Positions 18,511 to 27,563 are shown, counted from the stretch's first letter. The stretch: 64,000 nt of DNA from a bacterium (GCA_010027235.1 RGVP01000001.1:573-64572), one strand, 5' to 3'. Notes: a model not told the origin generated them from the letters alone. Numbers and translations: made by a program.

Positions 18511-19272
18511 ATGGCCGGTAAAGGTGGAGCTTGGAAGGTCGCTTATGCCGACTTCGTGACCGCCATGATGGCATTATTCATGGTTCTTTGGATTTGTTCC
18601 CAAGACGAAAAAATCCTCGATGCGACTGCCCGCTATTTTCAGAACCCATTTACCTCTAACGTTGATGGTAAAACCGGCATCTTGAATTTCGAGAGTAATC
18701 GCCCCTCTAAAGCTACCGCTGAAAGTAGAAAAACGGAGGGTCCTTATGAAGTGGAGTCCTCCAGTGCGCGCTCAATCGACCTCAATTTTCTAAACTCGGT
18801 GGCGAAAGATTTTTTTCGGCTGCTTAATCTGGACGAAGCTATGGCGAACAAGCCAATCGACGTTCAGGTCTCTAGCGATGGTTTGCGCGTGGTCCTTTAT
18901 GATCGTGCGAAACAACCGCTCTTTGCGGGCAAGACCGCTGATTTGACCCCGTGGGGTGATTTCGTGATGCAAAGCCTGGCCTGGATGATTGACCGCAATG
19001 GTTTCAATGTCGTCATTGAGGGTCATACTCGCTCCGGTCTCGAGTTTCAGGAATCTTACTACGGCCCTTGGGAGTTATCATCCGATCGTGCCAATGCCGC
19101 ACGTCGGGCGATTGTCCGCTACGCGGTAGACGCCCAGGCTATAGAGCGCGTGACCGGTTACGGGGACACCCGTCCACTTGCCCTGACGACACCAGATTCA
19201 GAATCCAATCAGCGCGTAACTTTGAGCCTGCGACTTGGAAAAAAAGACTCGGTCCCAACCAAATCCCGCTAG
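18511..19272 (+). CDS. motB: Flagellar stator protein MotB (OmpA-like peptidoglycan-binding domain)
   Basis: N-terminus GGAWKVAYADFVTAMMALFMVLW with the conserved Asp, and a C-terminal OmpA-like block NVVIEGHT...SSDRANAARRAIV...GYGDTRPL...NQRVTL. Confidence 0.9.
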   Translation: MAGKGGAWKVAYADFVTAMMALFMVLWICSQDEKILDATARYFQNPFTSNVDGKTGILNFESNRPSKATAESRKTEGPYEVESSSARSIDLNFLNSVAKDFFRLLNLDEAMANKPIDVQVSSDGLRVVLYDRAKQPLFAGKTADLTPWGDFVMQSLAWMIDRNGFNVVIEGHTRSGLEFQESYYGPWELSSDRANAARRAIVRYAVDAQAIERVTGYGDTRPLALTTPDSESNQRVTLSLRLGKKDSVPTKSR

Positions 19273-19274
19273 CC

Positions 19275-19544
19275 ATGAAATCCTTCCTGACTGACCGTCA
19301 ACGGGTTAACACGCCCGCTCTGAACGTCCCAGCCCCAGTGCCATTTGTCGCCGCCGTGGCTGCCGGCGGTAAAGCGCCGCCCGCGCTCGGCCGTCCCGGA
19401 ACCCACGGTCACGCTGCCGGAAGTCATGGTGTTACCACGAATGTAGAGTGCGTGCGCCAAGGCGACCGGGTTATCCGCATCATTGTGACTTGTGCTTGCG
19501 GGGAACGCATCGAAGTCGATTGCCTCTACGCAGCTGAAACCTGA
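19275..19544 (+). CDS. Small Cys-containing protein, unknown function, coupled to motB
   Basis: ATG lies 2 nt after the motB stop. The 89-aa product ends VECVRQGDRVIRIIVTCACGERIEVDCLYAAET. The ORF-track entry 19068-19544 overlaps motB, so the start was trimmed to the first ATG after it. Confidence 0.5.
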   Translation: MKSFLTDRQRVNTPALNVPAPVPFVAAVAAGGKAPPALGRPGTHGHAAGSHGVTTNVECVRQGDRVIRIIVTCACGERIEVDCLYAAET

Positions 19545-19788
19545 CCGATCTAGTTTATAGATTCCGTTCCTTTTTTCACGGTGAGCGGGTTAAAAAGAGC
19601 TAGCGGACTATGTGCCTAGCCCTTCATTGGTGGCTTAAATCTTTGGGTTCTTGCGATTCGCTGGCCATTACGGGCCTCCACTTTTTCAGCTGTAGTTACG
19701 ACACGGCATTTTTTTCCTGTCGCCTTGGTGGAATTCATGCGAGAAATAATTATTTTTTAAGTTATTCAATAAGAGAATTTAATGAAAC

Positions 19789-19805
19789 TGGCATCTGCTA
19801 TGCTT
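19789..19805 (+). promoter_or_regulatory. Sigma-54-type -24/-12 promoter motif TGGCATctgctaTGCTT upstream of flgF
   Basis: Same GG-N10-GC spacing as at 12051-12067, and identical to that motif at 13 of 17 positions. The GC ends 12 nt before the flgF ATG. Confidence 0.45.
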
Positions 19806-19815
19806 AACGGTAGGC

Positions 19816-20562
19816 ATGAACGTCGGTCTATACCAAAGCGCAGCTTCTCTCAGTGCCCTCGAGCGCTGGCAGGATGCCGTTTCGCAGAACATAACGTCGA
19901 GCGAGATGGCGGGCTTCAAGCGCCGCACGGTGCAGGTGGCTTCCGAATCAAATGGTGAAGTCTTGGTAGATCCTGGTGCTCGCCCTGACCGGGGCGAGGG
20001 TATGCCGGCGTTGTTTCCTCAGACACGTTACGCGATATCGTTTTTACCGGGTGAAAATCGGCCCACGGGTCGCAATCTTGATTTTGCCATTTCTGGCGAA
20101 GGCTTTTTTAATGTGCGCACTGAAGATGGCACCGCTTACACGCGTTGCGGGCAGTTGCAGGTCCGAGCAGACCGCACTTTGATCACGAGTCAGGGGACCG
20201 AGATACTTGGCGAATCAGGGGAGCCGATTCAGCTTCAGCCCCAAGGCGGACCTCCTCTAATCAACGAGGAGGGTTTTGTTCGTCAAGGAGATGCCATTGT
20301 AGGAAAAATCGCAGTATCCAAGGCGACCTTTCCAGCACGACTCGTTCCGCTTGCCGGTGGTCTTTTTATGCCCGGTGCCGGAGCCGGCATGGTTCCCGTG
20401 GAGAAGCCCGTAATCCTCCAAGGCTACCAAGAATCTAGTAACGTCGCGCCTCTTCGCGAGATGGTTGATTTAGTCAATATCGCCCGAGCCTACGAGGCCA
20501 ACCAGAAGATGATCCAGAGCCGCGACAAGATTATGGAGCGCACGCTCGAAACCCTTACCTAA
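19816..20562 (+). CDS. flgF: Flagellar basal-body rod protein FlgF
   Basis: N-terminus MNVGLYQSAASLSALERWQDAVSQNITSSEMAGFKRR, and a C-terminal LQGYQESSNVAPLREMVDLVNIARAYEANQKMIQ rod-protein heptad block. Confidence 0.85.
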   Translation: MNVGLYQSAASLSALERWQDAVSQNITSSEMAGFKRRTVQVASESNGEVLVDPGARPDRGEGMPALFPQTRYAISFLPGENRPTGRNLDFAISGEGFFNVRTEDGTAYTRCGQLQVRADRTLITSQGTEILGESGEPIQLQPQGGPPLINEEGFVRQGDAIVGKIAVSKATFPARLVPLAGGLFMPGAGAGMVPVEKPVILQGYQESSNVAPLREMVDLVNIARAYEANQKMIQSRDKIMERTLETLT

Positions 20563-20584
20563 ACGCAGCCTTTTACGAATCGCC

Positions 20585-21367
20585 ATGAACTTGTCTCTCT
20601 ACTCCGCCGCTACCGGCATGGAAGCCCAGCAGCTTAACTTGAACACGATTGCCAATAATTTGGCGAACGTGAATACTCCTGGCTTCAAGCGCAGCACGAT
20701 TGAGTTCCAAGATCTGCTTTATCAGAAACCTCGCAACGCCGGTTCGGATGCCGGCGGCGGAAATCAGGTGCCGACAGGCATAGAGGTCGGCAATGGTTCA
20801 CGCGTAGCCGGCACCTCCAAAGTCTTTACCCAAGGCCAGCTGACCAATACAGGTGAACGACTCGACCTTGCCATTCAAGGTGATGGATTCTTCGAAGTGC
20901 AGCGCCCCGACGGCACCGTGGCCTATACTCGCGCCGGCTCTTTCAAACTGAACTCCACTGGTCAGGTAGTCACTACGGACGGTATGCCTGTGCTTAGTGG
21001 GTTTCAAAATGTTCCCGCAGGAACAACTGCAATCAATGTAGCGGAGACCGGTGACGTGACCTATCAGACCTCCGCCGGAAGTCAGACTTTCCGCCTCACC
21101 TTGTCGCGTTTTGCTAATCCGGCGGGCTTGGCTAGCATGGGCGGTAATCTCTACTCCGAGACCGGATCTAGTGGAACAGCCGAGACCGGCCAGCCTGGCG
21201 TCGAGGGTTTCGGCACCGTCATGCAAGGTTATATCGAGACCTCGAATGTGAACATAGTGGAGGAGATGGTGAATTTGATCACCGCCCAACGCGCCTACGA
21301 GGTAAACAGCAAGTCGATCCAAACTTCGGACGAAATGCTTCAAAACGTGAACCAACTGAAGCGCTAA
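20585..21367 (+). CDS. flgG: Flagellar distal rod protein FlgG
   Basis: Contains MNLSLYSAATGMEAQQLNLNTIANNLANVNTPGFKRS, LDLAIQGDGFFEV and MQGYIETSNVNIVEEMVNLITAQRAYEVNSKSIQTSDEML. Confidence 0.92.
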   Translation: MNLSLYSAATGMEAQQLNLNTIANNLANVNTPGFKRSTIEFQDLLYQKPRNAGSDAGGGNQVPTGIEVGNGSRVAGTSKVFTQGQLTNTGERLDLAIQGDGFFEVQRPDGTVAYTRAGSFKLNSTGQVVTTDGMPVLSGFQNVPAGTTAINVAETGDVTYQTSAGSQTFRLTLSRFANPAGLASMGGNLYSETGSSGTAETGQPGVEGFGTVMQGYIETSNVNIVEEMVNLITAQRAYEVNSKSIQTSDEMLQNVNQLKR

Positions 21368-21372
21368 GCATT

Positions 21373-22092
21373 ATGAAGCCCTTCCGTATTAGCCTCTTTC
21401 TGTTTCTACTCGCGGCAACATGTCCTCCGGCAATGCCAGCCGATGTTACGGCGTCTGCACTGCATACCCTGTCTGTAACTTCAGAGGACTCATGGTTGGT
21501 TACGATTTCTGCACTGCTCACCGAGCGTTACAACGCCAAGGGCACCCTTGTGCTCAATTGGAATCGTCCCAGACCCTCGGCAGCACCGGCGGATGCTGAT
21601 CTGGAATTAATCGACGCGCCTTCCGAACTAGCCCCTCAACTATTACTCGGTGTGCTCGCCACCACTGCTGACGGGACTCGAACCCGCTACACTCTCGTTC
21701 TGCGTGCCGAGCTATGGCGGATTGGCGCAGCCCTGCGCATTCCGGCGGCAGCGGGCATGCCTTTACTCAGTGAAGATATTGAGTCTCGTCGTTATGATGC
21801 TCTGCGGGAGCGTGATGTGTTAATGCTTGAGGAAGGCAGCGAACTTGATTTTGCCCGCGCGGTCCCCGCTGGGCGCCTGCTCACTTCGCGGGACGTGTTA
21901 CGCCGCCCTTTGGTCCGCCGTGGTCAATCGATCGATGTAGTTGCCTCCGATGGATCGCTTACCGTGAGCCTTCGCGCTATCGCGCTTCACGATGCGGCGC
22001 GTGGCGATCCAGTGCGGGTTCGTAATCCTGATTCCAAGCGGGAGTTTACCGCCAATGTAACCGGCCTTTCGGTCGCTGCGATCCGTTTCTAA
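21373..22092 (+). CDS. flgA: Flagellar P-ring assembly chaperone FlgA
   Basis: Signal peptide, a SAF-like region, and a C-terminal VRRGQSIDVVASDGSLTVSLRAIALHDAARGDPVRVRNPDSKREFTANV. Its position between flgG and flgH fits. Confidence 0.8.
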   Translation: MKPFRISLFLFLLAATCPPAMPADVTASALHTLSVTSEDSWLVTISALLTERYNAKGTLVLNWNRPRPSAAPADADLELIDAPSELAPQLLLGVLATTADGTRTRYTLVLRAELWRIGAALRIPAAAGMPLLSEDIESRRYDALRERDVLMLEEGSELDFARAVPAGRLLTSRDVLRRPLVRRGQSIDVVASDGSLTVSLRAIALHDAARGDPVRVRNPDSKREFTANVTGLSVAAIRF

Positions 22093-22100
22093 TCCAGACC

Positions 22101-22727
22101 ATGACCTCATTTCCTCCTATCCTTCGTGTGGTCGTTTTCTTTTCCCTTTTCGCGACATCCATCCGTGCTGGTTCCCTATGGTTGGCCGCCGGTTCGCGCG
22201 AGCAGGGATTGGCCTCAGATATCCGGGCCGGACGCGTTGGTGACATCCTCACCATTATAATCGCGGAAAACGCGGCAACGAGCTCCACGCAGAATAAGAG
22301 CACTACCACCGATGCCACATCGGAGGCTTCCGTTTCTCAGTTTTTATTCCCTCCCGGGGTGGATAAATTTGGCACCCGCGGCGGGCAGACACCCGGCATC
22401 AAGTTTGGTGGTAAAAATGCGTTCGCTGGCGGTGGCCAAGTGAGCAACAGCCAGTCGCTCAACGCTCGCGCCGCCGTGTTGGTCACCGACGTTCTGCCAA
22501 ATGGTAATCTTGTCATCGCTGGTGCCCGCAAACTCACGTTCTCGGGCGAGACACAAAATGTAATTCTGCACGGATTGATTAGGCCGGCCGACATCGGTTC
22601 AGGTAACACTATTCTTTCAACTAACATCGCCGAGGCCCGCCTTGAGTTTATTTCGGATGGAAACCTTACCGATGCCCAAAAACGCGGTTGGTTAAGCCGT
22701 TTATACGAAAAAATCCGCCCGTTTTAA
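22101..22727 (+). CDS. flgH: Flagellar L-ring protein FlgH (no lipobox cysteine)
   Basis: Contains GSLW...ASDIRAGRVGDILTIIIAENAATS, VTDVLPNGNLVIAGARKLTFSGETQNVILHGLIRPADI and AQKRGWLSRLYEKIRPF. Confidence 0.9.
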   Translation: MTSFPPILRVVVFFSLFATSIRAGSLWLAAGSREQGLASDIRAGRVGDILTIIIAENAATSSTQNKSTTTDATSEASVSQFLFPPGVDKFGTRGGQTPGIKFGGKNAFAGGGQVSNSQSLNARAAVLVTDVLPNGNLVIAGARKLTFSGETQNVILHGLIRPADIGSGNTILSTNIAEARLEFISDGNLTDAQKRGWLSRLYEKIRPF

Positions 22728-22732
22728 CAGCT

Positions 22733-23830
22733 ATGCTTCGCTTGATTCTTAGTCTTGCTCTTGCCTTCACACCCCTCGCCCTGTCGGCGGCACGGGTAAA
22801 GGATCTCGCACGCTTTGAAGGCCAGCGGGAGAATCAACTCGTGGGCTACGGAATCGTGGTAGGTCTGGCCGGTGACGGTGATTCCAATGCCCTAACAACC
22901 CTACGCTCGGTAGCAAACGCGCTGGAACGCAACGGACTAAAACTTGATCCCGCCCAGATCAAATCGAAGAACGCCGCCGCCGTAATGCTGACCGCGGACA
23001 TAGCCGCATTTCTGAAGCCCGGTGCTCGTATAGATGTGACGGTGTCTTCGGTCGGCGATGCCAAATCCCTCCAGGGTGGGGTGCTGCTGCAAACCCCGTT
23101 GCTAGGCGCCGATGGGCGAGCCTACGCGGTTGCCCAAGGACCTATCGCGGTTGGCGGATTTCTCGGTGGTGCCGGTGGTGCCGGTGGTGCTACTGTGCAG
23201 AAGAACCATCCTACGGTGGGGATAATAAGCAACGGTGCGATCGTTGAGCGAGAAATAGCCGCCGATTTTGTGCGTGATGGGCGCCTTGCACTATCGTTGC
23301 AAAACCCAGACTTCACCTCCGCTGCCCGAGTCGCGACCGCGATCAATCGCGCCATACCTGCATCTCTCGCTGTAGCCCGCGACGCCGCGACGGTGGATCT
23401 CGTTTTGCCGGAGAACTACGCTGGACGTGACGTGGACTTTCTCTCCGACGTTGGCGCGGTTACGGTTTCCCCTGACAGCCTAGCCCGTATCGTAATCAAC
23501 GAGCGCACCGGCACCATTGTGGCGACGTCACCGGTTAGCCTTTCTCAAGTTGCTATTAGTCATGGAGCTCTGACGATCACTATAGCATCCAACCTTTCGG
23601 TCTCGCAGCCAGGTGCTTTTAGTCCAGGCGGCCAGACCGCAGTCGTGCCCAATACTCAAACCAGTATTAAAGAAACGAAAGGCGGCTTTACCGTGGTCGA
23701 AGCCACTTCTTCCATCGATCGACTGGCTTCGGCGCTCAATGCCCTCGGCGTCAGCACGCGTGAGATGATGGCTATTTTCCAAACGCTAAAGACCTCCGGC
23801 GCACTGCAGGCCGAGCTTATAATTAACTGA
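22733..23830 (+). CDS. flgI: Flagellar P-ring protein FlgI
   Basis: Signal peptide MLRLILSLALAFTPLALSA, then RVKDLARFEGQRENQLVGYGIVVGLAGDGDS. The C-terminus is LNALGVSTREMMAIFQTLKTSGALQAELIIN. Confidence 0.95.
   Translation: MLRLILSLALAFTPLALSAARVKDLARFEGQRENQLVGYGIVVGLAGDGDSNALTTLRSVANALERNGLKLDPAQIKSKNAAAVMLTADIAAFLKPGARIDVTVSSVGDAKSLQGGVLLQTPLLGADGRAYAVAQGPIAVGGFLGGAGGAGGATVQKNHPTVGIISNGAIVEREIAADFVRDGRLALSLQNPDFTSAARVATAINRAIPASLAVARDAATVDLVLPENYAGRDVDFLSDVGAVTVSPDSLARIVINERTGTIVATSPVSLSQVAISHGALTITIASNLSVSQPGAFSPGGQTAVVPNTQTSIKETKGGFTVVEATSSIDRLASALNALGVSTREMMAIFQTLKTSGALQAELIIN
23165..23191 (+). repeat. In-frame 9-bp tandem repeat (GGTGGTGCC x2 + GGTGGTGCT) inside flgI
   Basis: Read directly from the sequence. 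It encodes GGAGGAGGA within FLGGAGGAGGATVQ. Confidence 0.9.
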
Positions 23831-23837
23831 TCTCATC

Positions 23838-24185
23838 ATGAGTCCCCTCGCCTCTATTTCTCCGGTAACTCGTCCCCTTGCCGCATCCGCCCTAACTTCC
23901 GCAGGTGCTGCTGCATCGTCCGCTCGGCCATCTCCAGCTGATCTGCAAAAAGCGTCCCGCCAATTTGAGGCTATCTTGGTCCGCCAGATGATCGGTCCTG
24001 CAATTGAGCCGATGATGAGCGGAGGCAGTTTGGGTGGGTCGGAAGGCTCTGGCTCAGGCGGTGGCGTCTATGCCTATATGCTTACAGATGTGCTCTCAAA
24101 TTCCATCACGACGGGCGGTGGCCTCGGTTTATCGGCCGTAATCAGCCGCCAGCTTTCGCCCTCCAGCGCTGACGCTGCAGAGTGA
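23838..24185 (+). CDS. flgJ: Rod-binding protein (single-domain FlgJ N-terminal type, no muramidase domain)
   Basis: The motif ASRQFEAILVRQMIGPAIEPMM is typical of the FlgJ rod-binding domain. At 115 aa it is too short to carry a glucosaminidase domain. Confidence 0.7.
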   Translation: MSPLASISPVTRPLAASALTSAGAAASSARPSPADLQKASRQFEAILVRQMIGPAIEPMMSGGSLGGSEGSGSGGGVYAYMLTDVLSNSITTGGGLGLSAVISRQLSPSSADAAE

Positions 24186-24213
24186 ATCCATCTCCCCTAT
24201 ATTCTATCCTGCC

Positions 24214-24711
24214 ATGAACGTTCTTCCGTTCGTCCCTCTAGTGGAACTTCTCCGTTCCGAGCTTTCCGCCTATGGTGGGCTGCTCGCTCTTTTTGACCAG
24301 CAACAGGCATTGCTCTGGAGCCGTGAAGTTCAGGCGGTTGCCGAGACTTCAATCGAGATCGAGTCTCTGGCGAGCGAGTCTGCCCGCCACCGTGAAGCCC
24401 GCGAACTTTGGGTCTCTCGTTTCGCCATTAAAAACTCTCGGCCGGCTGATTCGAGCCTCCGTCAGTTACTTCCGCTATTCCCTGAGGATCAGCGCGCCTT
24501 GCTTGATGCTTTAATCGTGGAGGTTAATCATCTCATTCACCGCGTGCGCCGTCGCGCCCGTCAAAATCACAGTTTGCTCGCCCGCGCGGTCGAGCTCCAT
24601 CGCGAGGCGATTGCGACCCTTCATCCTGCTGCTCGTCCCCGCACCTACGCCGCCAGTGGCAGGGTAGGCGCCTTCACCGGCCCTGCTGCCGCCTTGAGCG
24701 CCACCGGTTGA
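24214..24711 (+). CDS. flgN: FlgN-family flagellar export chaperone (tentative)
   Basis: A 165-aa helical protein immediately upstream of flgK. It has FlgN-like heptads (LVELLRSELSAYGGLLALFDQQQALL, ARQNHSLLARAVE). Confidence 0.55.
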   Translation: MNVLPFVPLVELLRSELSAYGGLLALFDQQQALLWSREVQAVAETSIEIESLASESARHREARELWVSRFAIKNSRPADSSLRQLLPLFPEDQRALLDALIVEVNHLIHRVRRRARQNHSLLARAVELHREAIATLHPAARPRTYAASGRVGAFTGPAAALSATG

Positions 24712-24723
24712 TCTTCACTCGTT

Positions 24724-26154
24724 ATGTCCGGACTTTTCTCCAGCCTTTCCCAATCTGTTCTCGCTCTTAACGCGCAATCGCGAGGAGTCGAGACCGCCGG
24801 CCGTAATCTGGCCAACGTGAATAATCCCGATTATTCACGACAGCGCGTGCTCTTTGCCAATCGCGGCTCTGTCCTTACTCATGATGGGGTCGAATCGATT
24901 GGGATTGAAGCCAAGAACATCCAGCAGGTGCGCGATAACCTGCTCGATCGCCAACTCGCTCGCGAGCTGGGCCTCACCGCCGCTTTAGAGGCTGAGGATT
25001 CTGCCAATTCTCGAGCCCAAGCCGCCTTAGGCGAATCCATCGATCGAACAGCCTCCACCGACGCACCAGAAGTTTCCGCCCAAGGTATAGCTGCCGCCTT
25101 AGGGGATTTCTTTAATGCATTTCAGGCTTTCGCTGCCCGCCCTACCGATCTCGGCGAAAAACAAAATCTGGTTCAACGCGCAGACATCTTAGCCCAGCGT
25201 TTTAACCTAACAGATGCCCGCTTAGCGCAAATCCAGACTGATCTAGATGTGCAGATTCAAGCCGGCGCGGAGGACGTGAATAATTTACTCGCGAATGTCG
25301 CGGCGCTGAACGGCCAGATCGGTCAGCTCGAGGTTAATGCACCTGGTGCCGCGGTTGATCTCCGAGACCAACGCCAATCCCGCATTGAGGAGCTCGCTAA
25401 GAGCATAGGCGCCGAGACTCGCGCTAACGCCAACAACGCTAGTCAGGTCGATGTTTTTGTCCGAGACAGTAACGGCACGCCCGTCGTGTTAGTCTCTGCT
25501 GCTTCTGTTGCGGCAAGTGTCGCCTTTGACCAAGTCCACATGACCGCCACAACGCCATTGGGGGTTCCGATCAATCTCAATCTTACGGGGGGTTCGATCA
25601 AGGGCGACCTTACGGCAAGAGATGGCTTGGTATCGACTCTTCGGCAGCGCCTCTCCGACTTTGCTGGGCAATTGGCTAGCTCGGTGAACTCGGCCTACAA
25701 TCCCACCGGCACCGGGGGCAATTTTTTCACGGTGGATCCTGCCAAACCCGCCGCCACGATCACACTGGCTACCTCCATCAACCCCACCGCACTCCAAGCC
25801 TCTGCTGGTGGCGCGGCCGGCGACAATACCATCGCTGCTAATATAGTTAATTTGGCCACCCAGAGATTTTCGGTCGCCGCCGGCGATAAGATCAATGGCA
25901 CCTTTTCTCAGTATTACTCGGGAGTGGTCTCGGAATTTGGTCGAACAGTCGCGGGCACAGAGGGACGCCTCGAGGATCAAAAAAACATAGAAACGCTGGT
26001 CAAACAACAGCGCCAGAGCGTGAGTGGCGTTTCCATGGATGAGGAGATGGCTGATTTGCTGAAGTTTCAGCGCGCTTTTCAGGCTTCCTCGAAAGTCATT
26101 TCTATCATCGACGGCCTTTTGGATACCGTTGTGAACGGTCTCGTTCGCGGCTGA
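24724..26154 (+). CDS. flgK: Flagellar hook-associated protein 1 FlgK
   Basis: N-terminus MSGLFSSLSQSVLALNAQSRGVETAGRNLANVNNPDYSRQRV, and C-terminus SGVSMDEEMADLLKFQRAFQASSKVISIIDGLLDTVVN. Confidence 0.9.
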   Translation: MSGLFSSLSQSVLALNAQSRGVETAGRNLANVNNPDYSRQRVLFANRGSVLTHDGVESIGIEAKNIQQVRDNLLDRQLARELGLTAALEAEDSANSRAQAALGESIDRTASTDAPEVSAQGIAAALGDFFNAFQAFAARPTDLGEKQNLVQRADILAQRFNLTDARLAQIQTDLDVQIQAGAEDVNNLLANVAALNGQIGQLEVNAPGAAVDLRDQRQSRIEELAKSIGAETRANANNASQVDVFVRDSNGTPVVLVSAASVAASVAFDQVHMTATTPLGVPINLNLTGGSIKGDLTARDGLVSTLRQRLSDFAGQLASSVNSAYNPTGTGGNFFTVDPAKPAATITLATSINPTALQASAGGAAGDNTIAANIVNLATQRFSVAAGDKINGTFSQYYSGVVSEFGRTVAGTEGRLEDQKNIETLVKQQRQSVSGVSMDEEMADLLKFQRAFQASSKVISIIDGLLDTVVNGLVRG

Positions 26155-26179
26155 TCTCACTAATCTGGCTTTTTTTATC

Positions 26180-27076
26180 ATGCGACTCTCCTCCGCTACT
26201 ACTTCCGATGCCGTTCTGGCTCAACTTAAGCGTCTGAGCTCAAGACAGGCGGAGCTCCAGAATCAGGTTGCGACCGGTCAACGCATCTTTCAACCCGGAG
26301 ACGATTCGGCTGCTGCAGGCCGCGTAATTGGAGACCAACTCGAGCTCCGCTCTCTTGCGCAGTATTCAAGCAATGCAACCTCGGCGCTCGAATACTCTAA
26401 GACCTCCTACGCCGGACTAGACCAGATCAAGAAACTCTCTGACCGGGCCGGGGAGCTCGCGGTGTTGGGTAACGGCAGTATCAACGATCAGGCCATGCAT
26501 GCTTATGCAGCCGAGGTCGACCAGTTGCTCGAACAGACCGTGGCGCTCGGGAATACCCGCTTTCGCAACGATTATCTTTTTGCAGGCACAGCCACTGACC
26601 AGGCCCCCTATGTGCCGACCCGTGATAGCAATGGTCGCATCTCCTCGGTTGCCTACGCTGGCAACCAAAGTCGACTATCGGTGCCGATCGGGGACGGTGC
26701 CTCTATTCATCCGACCCCTGACAGCAGCACTAACTTGGGGATCGCCGATTTTATGACTCGGCTCGTCGCTCTTCGTGATGCGCTTCAGAGTGGTAACACC
26801 GCCGCCGTGCAGGCTGTGCGTCCGAATCTTGAGAATTCTGAGGATGTCTTGGTTACTTCCCTGAGTGGACATGGCGCCATTCAAATGCGAATTGAGGTGG
26901 CTCAGTCCCAGCAACGCGCGCGCATCGATGAACTTGGACGGCAGATTTCAGCGGAGGTGGATGCCGACCTACCTGCCACGATTGTTCAATTAAACCAGAC
27001 AACCCAAGCTTATGAAGCGGCCCTTAGCTCCTCCGCCACTATTCTCAAAATGTCGCTTCTCGATTACATCCGTTAA
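26180..27076 (+). CDS. flgL: Flagellar hook-associated protein 3 FlgL
   Basis: Flagellin-like N-terminus (LAQLKRLSSRQAELQNQVATGQRIFQPGDDSAAAGRV) and C-terminus (IVQLNQTTQAYEAALSSSATILKMSLLDYI). It follows flgK. Confidence 0.85.
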   Translation: MRLSSATTSDAVLAQLKRLSSRQAELQNQVATGQRIFQPGDDSAAAGRVIGDQLELRSLAQYSSNATSALEYSKTSYAGLDQIKKLSDRAGELAVLGNGSINDQAMHAYAAEVDQLLEQTVALGNTRFRNDYLFAGTATDQAPYVPTRDSNGRISSVAYAGNQSRLSVPIGDGASIHPTPDSSTNLGIADFMTRLVALRDALQSGNTAAVQAVRPNLENSEDVLVTSLSGHGAIQMRIEVAQSQQRARIDELGRQISAEVDADLPATIVQLNQTTQAYEAALSSSATILKMSLLDYIR

Positions 27077-27108
27077 CTTAACCGGCGCACTATCCACTCA
27101 CTTTTAAT

Positions 27109-27552
27109 ATGAAAGTCCTCCCTGATAAAACCCCCGTGGTCACGCCCGAAGCTTCGCCGGATGTGCGTGAAGTCCATTTCCCCGTTGGCATTGTGGGTTT
27201 CCCCGAACACCGCCGCGGCGAAATCTTTCATCTTGCCGATCAACTGCCTTTTCAGTGGTTGCGCCTTCATGGTCCTGACCCGCTTCATTTCGTGGTGATT
27301 GACCCCTCCGGCCTAGTCGCTGATTATGCCCCCGAACTTTTTGATGACGACGCACAAGCCCTCGGCATCGCCTCGGGTGAAGATGCGCAGGTCTACAATA
27401 TTGTCACCGTCCGAGACGGACCTACTACCACTGCTACGGTTAATCTAGTTGGCCCCGTCATTATGAACCGCCACACTGGGATCGCCCGTCAGGTCGTGGT
27501 AGCCAACCACGGCCAATACAGCGCGCGCCACCCACTTGTAACCGCCGGCTAA
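27109..27552 (+). CDS. fliW: Flagellar assembly factor FliW
   Basis: Contains [43 protein letters not shown] and [21 protein letters not shown]. Confidence 0.9.
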   Translation: MKVLPDKTPVVTPEASPDVREVHFPVGIVGFPEHRRGEIFHLADQLPFQWLRLHGPDPLHFVVIDPSGLVADYAPELFDDDAQALGIASGEDAQVYNIVTVRDGPTTTATVNLVGPVIMNRHTGIARQVVVANHGQYSARHPLVTAG

Positions 27553-27563
27553 ATCCGCCCGTC

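Noticed and set aside
19068-19274. Upstream part of the 158-aa ORF overlapping the 3' end of motB
   Set aside because: This portion overlaps the well-supported motB frame. Only the segment from ATG 19275 onward is non-overlapping and plausibly coding.
19610-19807. 65-aa ORF in the flagellar intergenic gap
   Set aside because: The translation is Cys/Phe/Ser-rich in an AT-rich region, with no ribosome-binding context, and it overlaps the putative promoter. It is more likely non-coding regulatory DNA.
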